This document shows, piece after piece, positions 48,580-58,957 of a stretch of DNA of 64,000 nucleotides. Position numbers and translations under genes: made by a program. The notes under the pieces were generated by a model. It searched no databases. It had not been told where the DNA came from and was given only the letters and a program-made list of their open reading frames with translations. Source of the stretch: a virus; IMG/VR virus record IMGVR_UViG_3300020166_000010; one strand, 5' to 3'. Positions within the stretch are counted from its first letter, which is position 1, and each line of letters opens with the position of its first letter.

Positions 48580-48987
48580 CTAATTGTTTAATATTTTATC
48601 TAAATCTTTTATACATTTCAAAGCTTCACGGTATATCGTGTCATCTTTTATAGATATAATCTCACTTCGATAAACTACTTTATTAGTTTGTTTATTTGTA
48701 ACTCGACACCTTAGAATATATCGAGGTTTAATTCTTAATATAGGTTGTAGGTGTTTAACATTCCAGATCTGTGCCCTTGCTTCACCTGCAGCAGCTGCTG
48801 AGGTTTTTATACTTGCGGTCACATGATAGTCTTTATTTTCGTTTTCATAGAAAGATTGAACTTCCTTAACGTCGTTAGTAATTAAATAAAGACGATATGC
48901 TGTTTGATAGGTAGATGCAAGCACAGTTTTCAGCGCACTTGCATCTATCTTTTTTGTTATGTAAGGTTCTTGTAGGTTAAACTTCAC
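48580..48987 (-). CDS. Hypothetical protein
   Basis: 135 aa, GTG start. Confidence 0.6.
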   Translation of the reverse strand: MKFNLQEPYITKKIDASALKTVLASTYQTAYRLYLITNDVKEVQSFYENENKDYHVTASIKTSAAAAGEARAQIWNVKHLQPILRIKPRYILRCRVTNKQTNKVVYRSEIISIKDDTIYREALKCIKDLDKILNN

Positions 48988-49305
48988 CCGGTTGTATTTT
49001 ATCCGTTCTTTGAACTAAACCTAATCCGCCTAATCCATTGTCCGGTTGTGTTATTCTTTTTCTAGTAGGTGACACTGTTCTAGATTCTTTAACTTGAGCT
49101 GTTAAACCTGCTGGTTTAACTTCTTCATCTAATCCATCAGAAAGAGTTATATCAAAATCATTAATAAGTTCTTTTTCTTCTGATATAGAATTAATCTCAT
49201 TTGCTAATGCAGCCCATTCCTGTATTTCATCAGCATCTGCTCCTAATGCCGATTTACCAGATACGACATTTGCGTATTCAACTGGCTTATCTAAAGGATT
49301 CTCTA

Positions 49306-49827
49306 CTATTTCACTTTTTTTTTCTCAGAAGTAACATTAATATCAGAAGCAATATCTTCTAAATTAGTTGGAGATAATTCACCAACCTCAGATTCTGGTT
49401 TAATATAATCTACTAGTGATTTAATAAATCCTAAAGCAACTAATGGTAAGATTGCTCCAGATACTGCAGCTAATAATCTTTTTTGTTCTAAAGGTTCCCA
49501 TTCTACTAGGTTAAATAATTCAACCCAACCATAATAGTTATCTAAGTTAATAAATGCATAGTACATGTTACCTTGCATCTGCATTGCGGTTATAGTGATA
49601 AATAGGGCCCATACTAGGGACTTGTTCATTTTATCTAAAGTAATTAATGCCGCTAGCGATGCTGCCGCTCCTAATTCAAATCCAATTGCTAGGGTTATTG
49701 CTAACCATTTTGGGTTAGATAGTTCAAAGAAATCTACAACGTGAATTGTTGATACTACACTCACTAAAATATATAGTGAAACGAAAGTTCCAATAATGAA
49801 ACCGTTAACTAATTTACTCTTGTTCAT
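49306..49827 (-). CDS. Multi-TM membrane protein; -1 frame extension to 48977
   Basis: About 4 TM segments; ends at an A9 run whose -1 frame stays open for 112 codons. Confidence 0.75.
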   Translation of the reverse strand: MNKSKLVNGFIIGTFVSLYILVSVVSTIHVVDFFELSNPKWLAITLAIGFELGAAASLAALITLDKMNKSLVWALFITITAMQMQGNMYYAFINLDNYYGWVELFNLVEWEPLEQKRLLAAVSGAILPLVALGFIKSLVDYIKPESEVGELSPTNLEDIASDINVTSEKKKVK

Positions 49828-49828
49828 A

Positions 49829-50137
49829 TTATTTAGATTCTAATTCATCGATTAAACGCTCGATCTCGTTTTGGCGTTGAACGTCTAGCATTTTTCTATC
49901 AGTTCCTTGAATCATTCTCTTCTCAGCTTTTAAACCTTCAATTCTTATATCTAGTTTAGTTGGAAGTGTTTCTATGGTTGCTTTTAATTCAGCAGCAGTA
50001 GCATGTTCAATTTTAAGTTCTTTTTTAACTCTTGTTAATTCGGAGTCTACTCCGCATGATTTAAAGTATACTAATACTAATAAGATAGTGATTACCTTAG
50101 ATCCGTGTTTTGCAAAAAATGCATTGATTTTATTCAT
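49829..50137 (-). CDS. N-anchored coiled-coil protein
   Basis: Hydrophobic N-terminus with FKSC, then coiled coil. Confidence 0.65.
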   Translation of the reverse strand: MNKINAFFAKHGSKVITILLVLVYFKSCGVDSELTRVKKELKIEHATAAELKATIETLPTKLDIRIEGLKAEKRMIQGTDRKMLDVQRQNEIERLIDELESK

Positions 50138-50236
50138 AATTCTAATATTTGTTTAAGTTTTATGTTATTTATATATCTCGATTTAAATAATAAACTTGTT
50201 TAGTTAGTTATACGTTAAAATTCAAGATTGTTTATT

Positions 50237-53200
50237 TTATCCACAATATAGATATCCATATACTCCTTCAGCCTTTCCTTCAGCATCAAATGCACAATCT
50301 TCCATACATTTACCTACTGTATATGATGTGATAGTTTGTCTTTCTTCATACTGTGGAGTTCCATCTTCAAATCCAATTATTACCCATTCGGTTGGTTGTT
50401 TCATAACATATCCTGGCGTATCTGAAGAACATACTAAATCCCCTACAAGAACAAGTCCATTTTGATCACATACTTTCATACCCGTTAATCTGCCTTCACG
50501 TGAATCTCCAATAGACGCTACTCTCCAAATAGTTTTAATATCCCTATCAGTTACTGGTATTTTATTTCCTAGTGAATCTCTGTAGTGATGTGGTTTTTCT
50601 GAAGTATCTTTTCCGTTTGGTAAAAATTTATCTAATGGGCTATCCTTTATAGTAAAATCAAGACCTTGCCATAATATACCTACGATAGCAGTATCTTGTG
50701 CTGACGATGCTTTAACTAATTCGTTGTTTTCATCTAACTTAACCAAATCTCCAACTTCTATTTGTGTATCATTTCTTTTAATATACGTATGGGATGCTGT
50801 GAAAGTTGGCGTAAATCCACTATCTTTGTCGCTAGGGGCTTCGCTAATAGTTGCACCGTTATCGTTGTCATATGTGACGTCATCATATCGCCCTGCATAA
50901 CTCTCTGCTATAGTTCGAAAATCAGTTCTAAAATCATCAAATCTTTGATCTCCGAATTTTACTTCGGGTTTAAATCTAAGTTGTCTATATCCATTCTCGT
51001 CTAATATAGGGGCATCACTAGGATCTAACTCAAAATCAAATATAGTACTTGCAAGTCCACCTGCAATTGTTGCGCCTCCTTCAATGTCCATATCACCTCT
51101 AAACTTCGCGTTACCATCTGGATCTATATAGAAATTCTTAGCATTAATAGCACCAGCGTCTAGGTTAATACCCATACCTGCGAAAGAATACGTATCCCAA
51201 AGTGTTGAACTCGAAGTAACATCAGTTGCTGTCATTTCTTCTTCAGTTAATCCTGCACCTGTACCTGATGCCAAAGACTGGGCAGAAACCGGCATTGCAA
51301 AATCGCCGCTCACTAATCTTCCTGTTGTTATCTTTCCACCGGATATTGTCGTTGTCGTTGTTAAGAATTGACTAACATCTGGTTCCGGACCTTGGAAACC
51401 TCTTGGTCCTGTAGGTCCAGTATCTCCTTGTAATGATTTAGCAAAAGTTTGTTCCTTTATAAACGTAAAACTTTTACCATTAAGAAGAGTTCTTCCAGTA
51501 ATGGTATATGTAATCTTAGCGGTATTATCAGTCATTTTACTATGATCTGTAAACAGTCTATCACCGCCAAAATTAGCAGAACCTCCAACCGTGATTGAAG
51601 TTCCAACTGCAGTCACTTTATATTTTCCAACGCCAGTACCTACCCCATCAGATGTTAATTTGTTAAGACCCTCATACACGCTAACGCCTGTTCCTGACCC
51701 AAAATAATCTACAGTACCATCCGTTTGCGTTGGTAAGGTGTGAGCCTCGTTAGTAAGAATCACAGTCATACCATCAGCACCTGGAGTACCGGGTGCACCG
51801 TCAGCTCCTGCTTTAACTCCAGCAATCGTTATTTGGTCTCTTGCTAAAATAGCTGATGTTTTACTGCCCTCTCTTATTTCTACCTCAATAGTTTCGGGCA
51901 TATTGCTATAACTCGATTGAGGTGTATATGTATATGTTCGAGTTGTACTGTGTTGTACTGATACGTCATTTTTATAGAAATTATAATACACCGTCCCAGT
52001 TGTGTTAAATGCAGTTGCTGCAATTTGTGTACTGGTTGGTAATGGAGTTGTTCCAGATGTATTATATGCAAATACTTGACTCGGTGTTGCTAAAGAAACT
52101 GCTCTAGCGCTTACTCCAGCTGAACCAGTTGAACCTTGAGCACCTGGAAGGCCTACATCACCCTGTGCTCCTTTAGTTCCAGTAGTTCCCTGTGCTCCTT
52201 TAGTTCCAGTAGTTCCCTGTGATCCAGTTGGCCCTGCTGGCCCTGCCGGCCCTGCTGTAAAACTAACTTCCCCGTTAAATGCTACTTGACCGTTTTTTAT
52301 TGAGAATGGAGTTAATAATGTACCATTTGCATCTTCACTATTTACTTTGAAACTATCTGCTTTAAATGCTATTGTACTACCAGTTTCATCTGCTCCTAAT
52401 TTCATACCCGCAACGACTGGAACACCATTACTATCACTACTTACTTCTAATGTATATTGTGCGTTTACTTTACCAGTAAGAGCATTTATATCTGCTGATT
52501 GCTGGGTAGTTACTCCAGCGGTTTTATTATCTAACGCTGCTATTAAACTTGTTGTTGAGGTAACAGTAGCTTGATTTGCAGTTGCAACTGCACTGTCTAT
52601 TGTTGTTTTAAGGGCTGAATTTGTGCTTACACCGGTAATAGATCCATCTGTAGGATTTATTGTATATTCTGCTTCTAGCGTATCTACTCTATTAACCGCA
52701 GCTGTGTTTAATGTTGTTAGTGCTGTTTCAACAGTATCTATAGCTGCATTGGTTGCAACAAGATCGGTTGAGACGCTAGTTTCTATCGTATCTATTCTGC
52801 GTCCAAGTGCAGAGTCTGCATTAGCAAATGCCGTTTCAGCCGTACCTATAGCTGCATTAGTTGCAACAAGATCGGTTGAGACGCTAGTTTCTATCGAATC
52901 TATTCTGCTTCCAAGGGCAGCGTCTGCTGTCGCGATCGTTGTTTCAACCGTGCTAATATCGGCATTGGTTGCAACGAGATTGGTTGAAACTCCTGCTTCT
53001 AAAGTATCTATTCTACCTGCAAGGGCGAGATCTGCTGTTGTTAGTGTTGTTTCAGCCGTACCTATAGCTGCATTAGTTGCAACAAGATTGGTTGAAACAC
53101 TAGTTTCTATCGTATCTATTCTACCTGCAAGGGCTAGGTCTGCTGTTGCGAATGCTATTTCAGCCGTGCTAATATCTGCATTAGTTGCAACAAGATTGGT

Positions 53201-56143
53201 TGAAACTCCGGCTTCTAAAGTATCTATTCTGCTTCCAAGAGCGAGGTCTGCTGTTGCTAGTGTTATTTCAGCCGTACCTATAGCTGCGTTAGTTGCAACA
53301 AGCTCGGTTGAGACTTCAGCTTCTAAAGTATCTATTCTGCTTGCAAGAGCAACGTCTGCTGTCGCAAATGCTGTTTCAACTGTGCTTATATCGGCATTGG
53401 TTGCAACTAAATTGGTTGAAACTCCTGCTTCTAAAGTATCTATTCTACCTGCAAGGGCGAGGTCTGCTGTTGCTAGTGTTACTTCAGCTGTACCTATAGC
53501 TGCATTGGTTGCAACAAGCTCGGTTGAGACTTCAGCTTCTAAAGTATCTATTCTACCTGCAAGAGCAACGTCTGCTGTCGCAAATGCTGTTTCAACTGTA
53601 CCTATGGTTGCGTTGGTTGCGACAAGATCGGTTGAGACTCCGGCTTCTAAAGTATCTATTCTACCTGCAAGGGCGAGATCTGCCGTTGCGAATGTTGTTT
53701 CAGCCGTATTTATAGCTGCGTTGGTTGCAACAAGATCGGTTGAGACTTCAGCTTCTAAAGTATCTATTCTGCTTGCAAGAGCGGAATCTTCGTCCGCATA
53801 CGCAGTTTCTACAGAACTTAAATTAGCTTCGTTTGCAGCACTTTCTGTTGAAATTTCAGCTGTCAAAGTTTCAATTCTCTGTAACATAGCGCTATCCTCG
53901 TCAACTAATGCTGTCATATCAGTTTCTATACTGGCAGTTACTAATAATTCATCAGAACTAAGCTGTGCAATTAAAGAACTTGCTTGGTTTACTACTGCAA
54001 CGTCTGCATCCGCAAATGCGGTTTCAATTGAACCGATATCTGCCTGGGTTACGGCGCCATCAGCCGTAAAACTTGCAGCTAAATCATCTATTCTGGTTGC
54101 TAAAGCAGCATCTTCGGTCGCTCGTGTTGTTTCAGCCGTATTTATAGCTGCGTTGGTTGCAACAAAATCGGTTGAGACTTCAGCTTCTAAAGTATCTATT
54201 CTACCTGCAAGAGCGGAGTCTTCGTCTGCGTATGCAGTTTCTACAGAACTTAAATTAGCTTCTGTTGTAGCACTTTCTGTTGAAATTTTAGTTGTTAGAG
54301 TTTCAATTCTCTGTAACATGGCAGTGTCCTCATCAACCCGTGCTGTCATATCTGTTTCTATACTAGCGATTACTAATAATTCATCGGAACTAAGTTGTGC
54401 AATTAAAGAACTTGCTTGGTTTACTACAGCAATATCTGCATCCGCAAATGCCGTTTCAATCGAACCTATGTCTGCTTGAGTTACCGCACCATCAGCCGTA
54501 AAACTTGCAGCTAAATCATCTATTCTGGTTGCTAAAGCAGCATCTTCTGTTGCAAGTGTAGTTTCAACTGTATTGATATTAGCATTAGATTCTGCGATAT
54601 CTGTTGAAATTGTTGCAGTTAAATTATTTATTCTATTTGAAATAGCAGCATCTGCATTAGCCAGTACTGTTATATCTGATGAAATTCCTGCATTTGTTTG
54701 TACTAGTTCATTACTAATTTCCGCAGTTAGTGCTCTTGTTTCTGAAATAACAACGGCATCGGCAGACACTGTTGTTTGAAGTAATGATGTTATATTGGCA
54801 GATGCTATTGCGCTTTCGGATGAAATCTCAGCCAGTAGCGATTCTTCTAATTCGATTAGTGCAGCGTCTGTTGTTGCTATTGCAGTTATGCTTTCGTTTA
54901 AGCTTATATTTGTATTTGTTAATTCAGTAGATACTGCTGCATTTAATCCTTTCGCTTCTTGTAGTATCGCTTCGTCAGCATCTGCTAAAAACACAGAGAT
55001 TGATTCTAATCCTGCTGATGTTTCAGAACTGGTAGTACTAAATGCTGCTTCAACTGAAGTTGATAACTGTGCAAAGGCCTCACTTGAAGTAACTAATGCA
55101 TTAACATCCTGTCGAATACTTGCTTCCGCACTCGTGATGTCATCACTTAACGTTGCAGAAACACTGTCTATTTTTTGATCTAAAACAAAGTTACCATCTG
55201 ATATTTCACCATTTAGGTAAGCTTGTAAACCATCTACTCTAGTCTCAATTGAACCCTTAACCTGAATAAATTCAGCAGATGTTGCATCTGTAATTGAATT
55301 AAGATACACATCAGTGTCTGAAATAAGATTGTTTATAGATTGGTTTGTATCACTAAGAGTAGAAGAAACTAAATCTGTGACCGCGTTAGCTTCTGTAATC
55401 TCCGAAGTTAATCTTTCTCTTATAGCATCTAACTCAGCTTCTACTTCTTCCTCTATATCTTTAATTTTTGTATTTGTTGATGCTATATCATCTTCAACGG
55501 ATGCTTTATTTTCGCTGATTTCATTTTCAATTGAACTAGTGTTATTATCTAATATTGTTTCTGCTTGAGATTGTATTATGTTCGTTAAACTAAGAGACGC
55601 TAACATAGCATCAATGATACTTGTAACTTCATCTTCTGATATCGCATCGGAATCAATTATAGATCCATTTACACTTAATTTACCATCAACGATACTAATA
55701 CTATTTTCTCCTAAATAAAGCGTACTATTACTTAAATAAATATCTCTAAATTTATTTGTAGCAGATCCTAAATCGTATGCTACATCTACGTCTGGTATTA
55801 AACTACTAACAACAGTACCTCCTATAATATTAGATGAACCTCCTCCTCCAGTAGTTGGAATCCATACATAATCTCCAACTTCAGCGCCTTTATCGATATA
55901 CGTAACGTCGCTTGCTATTACTTTATGTAGTTTTAAAACTTTATCTACATCATTTATTAGATCTAATTCTCCATCAGATCCCGATCCCATTACCAAATAA
56001 CCATTAAGTGTTTTCCCAATTAAACTTAAATTGGAATCCATTTCATCGTGCTTCAGTGCTCTTTTTAGAACCTTTCGATAGTTTGGTGTATATTTACCAT
56101 TTTCGTCCTTGTTAAAATAGTCTCTAGAATTTCCTTGTTGCAT
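50237..56143 (-). CDS. Long tail-fibre-like protein: N-terminal adaptor, ~36-aa-repeat coiled coil, DUF1983-like domain, short collagen, C-terminal chaperone/peptidase-like domain
   Basis: ATNAAIGTAETAFATADLALAGRIDTLEAGVST repeats; AQYTLEV..VAGMKLG..FKADSF..PFSI; C-terminal VCDQNG..GDLVCSSDTPGYVMKQ. Confidence 0.85.
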   Translation of the reverse strand: MQQGNSRDYFNKDENGKYTPNYRKVLKRALKHDEMDSNLSLIGKTLNGYLVMGSGSDGELDLINDVDKVLKLHKVIASDVTYIDKGAEVGDYVWIPTTGGGGSSNIIGGTVVSSLIPDVDVAYDLGSATNKFRDIYLSNSTLYLGENSISIVDGKLSVNGSIIDSDAISEDEVTSIIDAMLASLSLTNIIQSQAETILDNNTSSIENEISENKASVEDDIASTNTKIKDIEEEVEAELDAIRERLTSEITEANAVTDLVSSTLSDTNQSINNLISDTDVYLNSITDATSAEFIQVKGSIETRVDGLQAYLNGEISDGNFVLDQKIDSVSATLSDDITSAEASIRQDVNALVTSSEAFAQLSTSVEAAFSTTSSETSAGLESISVFLADADEAILQEAKGLNAAVSTELTNTNISLNESITAIATTDAALIELEESLLAEISSESAIASANITSLLQTTVSADAVVISETRALTAEISNELVQTNAGISSDITVLANADAAISNRINNLTATISTDIAESNANINTVETTLATEDAALATRIDDLAASFTADGAVTQADIGSIETAFADADIAVVNQASSLIAQLSSDELLVIASIETDMTARVDEDTAMLQRIETLTTKISTESATTEANLSSVETAYADEDSALAGRIDTLEAEVSTDFVATNAAINTAETTRATEDAALATRIDDLAASFTADGAVTQADIGSIETAFADADVAVVNQASSLIAQLSSDELLVTASIETDMTALVDEDSAMLQRIETLTAEISTESAANEANLSSVETAYADEDSALASRIDTLEAEVSTDLVATNAAINTAETTFATADLALAGRIDTLEAGVSTDLVATNATIGTVETAFATADVALAGRIDTLEAEVSTELVATNAAIGTAEVTLATADLALAGRIDTLEAGVSTNLVATNADISTVETAFATADVALASRIDTLEAEVSTELVATNAAIGTAEITLATADLALGSRIDTLEAGVSTNLVATNADISTAEIAFATADLALAGRIDTIETSVSTNLVATNAAIGTAETTLTTADLALAGRIDTLEAGVSTNLVATNADISTVETTIATADAALGSRIDSIETSVSTDLVATNAAIGTAETAFANADSALGRRIDTIETSVSTDLVATNAAIDTVETALTTLNTAAVNRVDTLEAEYTINPTDGSITGVSTNSALKTTIDSAVATANQATVTSTTSLIAALDNKTAGVTTQQSADINALTGKVNAQYTLEVSSDSNGVPVVAGMKLGADETGSTIAFKADSFKVNSEDANGTLLTPFSIKNGQVAFNGEVSFTAGPAGPAGPTGSQGTTGTKGAQGTTGTKGAQGDVGLPGAQGSTGSAGVSARAVSLATPSQVFAYNTSGTTPLPTSTQIAATAFNTTGTVYYNFYKNDVSVQHSTTRTYTYTPQSSYSNMPETIEVEIREGSKTSAILARDQITIAGVKAGADGAPGTPGADGMTVILTNEAHTLPTQTDGTVDYFGSGTGVSVYEGLNKLTSDGVGTGVGKYKVTAVGTSITVGGSANFGGDRLFTDHSKMTDNTAKITYTITGRTLLNGKSFTFIKEQTFAKSLQGDTGPTGPRGFQGPEPDVSQFLTTTTTISGGKITTGRLVSGDFAMPVSAQSLASGTGAGLTEEEMTATDVTSSSTLWDTYSFAGMGINLDAGAINAKNFYIDPDGNAKFRGDMDIEGGATIAGGLASTIFDFELDPSDAPILDENGYRQLRFKPEVKFGDQRFDDFRTDFRTIAESYAGRYDDVTYDNDNGATISEAPSDKDSGFTPTFTASHTYIKRNDTQIEVGDLVKLDENNELVKASSAQDTAIVGILWQGLDFTIKDSPLDKFLPNGKDTSEKPHHYRDSLGNKIPVTDRDIKTIWRVASIGDSREGRLTGMKVCDQNGLVLVGDLVCSSDTPGYVMKQPTEWVIIGFEDGTPQYEERQTITSYTVGKCMEDCAFDAEGKAEGVYGYLYCG

Positions 56144-56206
56144 TTTAATACTTTATTTTTAAATATATCGTATTATATTTATCTCAATTATAATGTATAA
56201 AATACA

Positions 56207-56234
56207 AAAGGCCTATATTTTCATATAGACCTTT
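56207..56234 (-). terminator. Probable terminator
   Basis: AAAGG.CTATAT/ATATAG.CCTTT stem. Confidence 0.5.
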
Positions 56235-56472
56235 ATTTATTTGCTTTTTGATTCTTTGATTTGAATTTAGAAGAGGGGTTTGATTTAGAGTGTTTTGTCT
56301 TGCGACCTTTAACTCGTTTTCTCCACATTTTAAAACTAGATTCTTTCATGTTAGATCTCATTATCTTTCTAACATCATTTTCTTTTATACCGAATTGAAA
56401 TTCAATGGCCTCAAAGGGGGTTCGATCTTCCCATGCCATTTCTATAATTCTATCGATTTGTTCTTCAGTCAT
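56233..56472 (-). CDS. TIGR03643/DUF2805 family protein
   Basis: RIIEMAWEDRTPFEAI..QFG...SSFKMWRKRV.GRKTKH. Confidence 0.85.
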   Translation of the reverse strand: MTEEQIDRIIEMAWEDRTPFEAIEFQFGIKENDVRKIMRSNMKESSFKMWRKRVKGRKTKHSKSNPSSKFKSKNQKANK

Positions 56473-57045
56473 TTATTTTAAATCTCTTTTAATATCTTTC
56501 TTGACGATCTCCAAGTACTTAGCTCGCTTTCCATCAGATACAAAAGGTACTGACCAAAATTGTTTTGTTTTAAACCATCTGTTTAGATTCCATCCAAATA
56601 CAAATGTATATACTCCCATTACTAAACGAAGTTTCACTGAGTTTAAATAGAGAGTCAGTACGGGTAAGGAAGGTGCTCCGTGTGTAATATAAGTTCTAAC
56701 TTTTTTATCACTTAAAAATGGCTGAGGATATGCGTATGCACCAATTAACGGTACAAACTTATATGCAAACCCTGGTGTAAATACTTCATCAAAAAAGATT
56801 TCCATCCTCGGCGTTAATCTAAACCACCATACTGGAGATACAAAATAAATACGATCTGACCATGTAACCATATCTTGGTACCCTTTGATTAGATCTGCCC
56901 TTGATCTTGTAAAATCATCTGAATAGAGATCCGCTATCTTTGTTTCTTCTCCTTCGACATCTAATTCTTTTACAATAGTCTTATAAATACCATTATAACA
57001 GAATGATTTCTGATCAGGGTGCGCTATCACTATTAAATTTTTCAT
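56473..57045 (-). CDS. NAD(P)H-dependent oxidoreductase (flavodoxin-2 fold)
   Basis: IAHPDQKSF, SPVWWF, FFDEVFTPGFAY. Confidence 0.85.
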   Translation of the reverse strand: MKNLIVIAHPDQKSFCYNGIYKTIVKELDVEGEETKIADLYSDDFTRSRADLIKGYQDMVTWSDRIYFVSPVWWFRLTPRMEIFFDEVFTPGFAYKFVPLIGAYAYPQPFLSDKKVRTYITHGAPSLPVLTLYLNSVKLRLVMGVYTFVFGWNLNRWFKTKQFWSVPFVSDGKRAKYLEIVKKDIKRDLK

Positions 57046-57047
57046 GC

Positions 57048-58112
57048 TTATTTATTGTTAAATTTATTAATTTTATCAGGTGTTAGTTCCTTTAAAAATT
57101 CAACGAATAATTTAATACAGGATTTAACATCTTTCTTATGGGCCATTTCCACAGTAGTGTGCATATATTTTAATGGAGTTGCTAAGATCGCAGTTGGTGT
57201 ATTCTCCATAAAGAATGCTACCGTATCATTACCCATTGATCCAACTGTTAATTGAACCGGTATCTTTTTGTCCTTTGCAATTTCCCTTAACATCTTATTA
57301 ATACCTCTGTGATTTTGCGAAGTATACTCTAGACATGGACCAGCTCCGCCTTTATTATCTCCATCTTTTGCTTTGTCTATTTTTGGAGTATTAGTATTAT
57401 GACAAACATCATGTACTAGCGCAAGATCTGCTTGTAAGTGTTTAGCAATCTTTTTGGCACCATGTAGGCCAACTTCTTCTTGGACTGAATTTACTACATA
57501 TAAATCATAAGGTAATTCTATTCCTTTCTCTGTGATCTCTCTAAGAGCTTCAGCAATGATATATCCACCAATCTTGTTATCTAATGATCTACCAACATAA
57601 TAGTCTCCCATCTCGTGGAATTGATCGTCAAATGTAATTAAGTTTCCAACTTCAACGCCAGCTTTATTGACTGCTTTTTTATCTTTTAATCCAGTATCAA
57701 CCCATAATTCATGTTGATCATATCCTGTTTCGACATATGATTTTCTAGTATGAATCGCAGGCCATCCGAAAACTCCCTTAACTTTAGTTCCACTATGAGT
57801 ATGTATCATGACAGTTTTACTTGGTGCAATCATATTATCAGATCCACCGTGTCTTTTAACTCTAATATATCCATCTGCTTCGATGTTTGTAATAATCCAA
57901 GCAATCTCGTCACAGTGTGCTTCAATAACTACTTTAGTTGAGTTTTCTGTTTTAGATCTTTTAATACCATAGCTTGTTCCATACGCATCAGTGTGTATTA
58001 CATCAGTAAATTTCTCAATGTAATCTCTCCATATTGATTGACCTTCTTCCTCCTGTCCAACCGGAGCGTATGCATTTAAATAATTGTATAAAAATTTCTT
58101 ATTTTCTTTCAT
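57048..58112 (-). CDS. M42 family metallo-aminopeptidase
   Basis: EAHCDEI, SLDNKIG, VQEEVGLHGA, LKYMHTTVE. Confidence 0.9.
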   Translation of the reverse strand: MKENKKFLYNYLNAYAPVGQEEEGQSIWRDYIEKFTDVIHTDAYGTSYGIKRSKTENSTKVVIEAHCDEIAWIITNIEADGYIRVKRHGGSDNMIAPSKTVMIHTHSGTKVKGVFGWPAIHTRKSYVETGYDQHELWVDTGLKDKKAVNKAGVEVGNLITFDDQFHEMGDYYVGRSLDNKIGGYIIAEALREITEKGIELPYDLYVVNSVQEEVGLHGAKKIAKHLQADLALVHDVCHNTNTPKIDKAKDGDNKGGAGPCLEYTSQNHRGINKMLREIAKDKKIPVQLTVGSMGNDTVAFFMENTPTAILATPLKYMHTTVEMAHKKDVKSCIKLFVEFLKELTPDKINKFNNK

Positions 58113-58113
58113 A

Positions 58114-58359
58114 TTAATCTTCTTTATTTCCTGTTAATTGATATGCTTCCCATAATTTATCTTGGGCTTCACTAATTAAATCTTTTATTTTTGTTTCTAT
58201 TTTGGCAACCGGATGCTGCTGTAAATGATCATCTATCATTGACATAACTACATGTAACCTATCTAACATTTCATGATAATGAAATTTATCTAGCTCTACC
58301 TTTTTAGAAGTTTGTTTCTGTTGATTTGTTTTTTTCATGATACTCGGTAATTTTTGCAA
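58114..58359 (-). CDS. Hypothetical protein (start uncertain)
   Basis: Fills the gap between the LOG and M42 genes. Confidence 0.55.
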   Translation of the reverse strand: MQKLPSIMKKTNQQKQTSKKVELDKFHYHEMLDRLHVVMSMIDDHLQQHPVAKIETKIKDLISEAQDKLWEAYQLTGNKED

Positions 58360-58957
58360 CTGCTTCTTCTGCAGTATCTACAACTCTAAATAAATCAAAA
58401 TCATCTTGGCTTATTGCGCCATGTTCCCATAAAGTATTTTGCATCCAATCAATTAATCCTTCCCAGTATTTTTTACCAACAAGAACTATTGGATATTTTA
58501 CGTTATGGCCACATTGTGCAAGAGTAATGGCCTCAAATAACTCATCTAAAGTGCCGACGCCGCCTGGAAATATCACAAATGCCTGTGAGTATTTGAGGAA
58601 CATTACCTTGCGAGTAAAGAAATATCTATTCTCTACTCCTAAATCTACATATTCATTCATGCTTGCTTCGAACGGTAATTCAATACCTACTCCGATAGAT
58701 TTTCCACCAGCATTATGCGCTCCTTTGTTAGCAGCTTCCATAATTCCTGGTCCTCCTCCTGTAATAACTCCGTAGCCAGCTTCAACCAATAATCTACCGA
58801 TCTTTTCTGCTTCTTTATATATTGGATTTGTTGAAAGAGTTCTAGCACTTCCAAAAACAGAAACACAAGATCCTAATTCATTAAATGTATCGAATCCCTT
58901 TGTGAATTCTCCTTGTATTCTTAAAATCTGCCACGCGTCTTCAGCTTTATTTATCAT
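58304..58957 (-). CDS. LOG family (TIGR00730) nucleotide phosphoribohydrolase
   Basis: VFGSAR, TGGGPGIMEA, YFFTRKVMF, PGGVGTLDE. Confidence 0.9.
   Translation of the reverse strand: MINKAEDAWQILRIQGEFTKGFDTFNELGSCVSVFGSARTLSTNPIYKEAEKIGRLLVEAGYGVITGGGPGIMEAANKGAHNAGGKSIGVGIELPFEASMNEYVDLGVENRYFFTRKVMFLKYSQAFVIFPGGVGTLDELFEAITLAQCGHNVKYPIVLVGKKYWEGLIDWMQNTLWEHGAISQDDFDLFRVVDTAEEAVAKITEYHEKNKSTETNF

Noticed and set aside
52347-55568. Antisense ORFs (618 aa etc.) in the coiled-coil fibre; likewise 10204..10812
   Set aside because: Mirror of a repetitive sense gene
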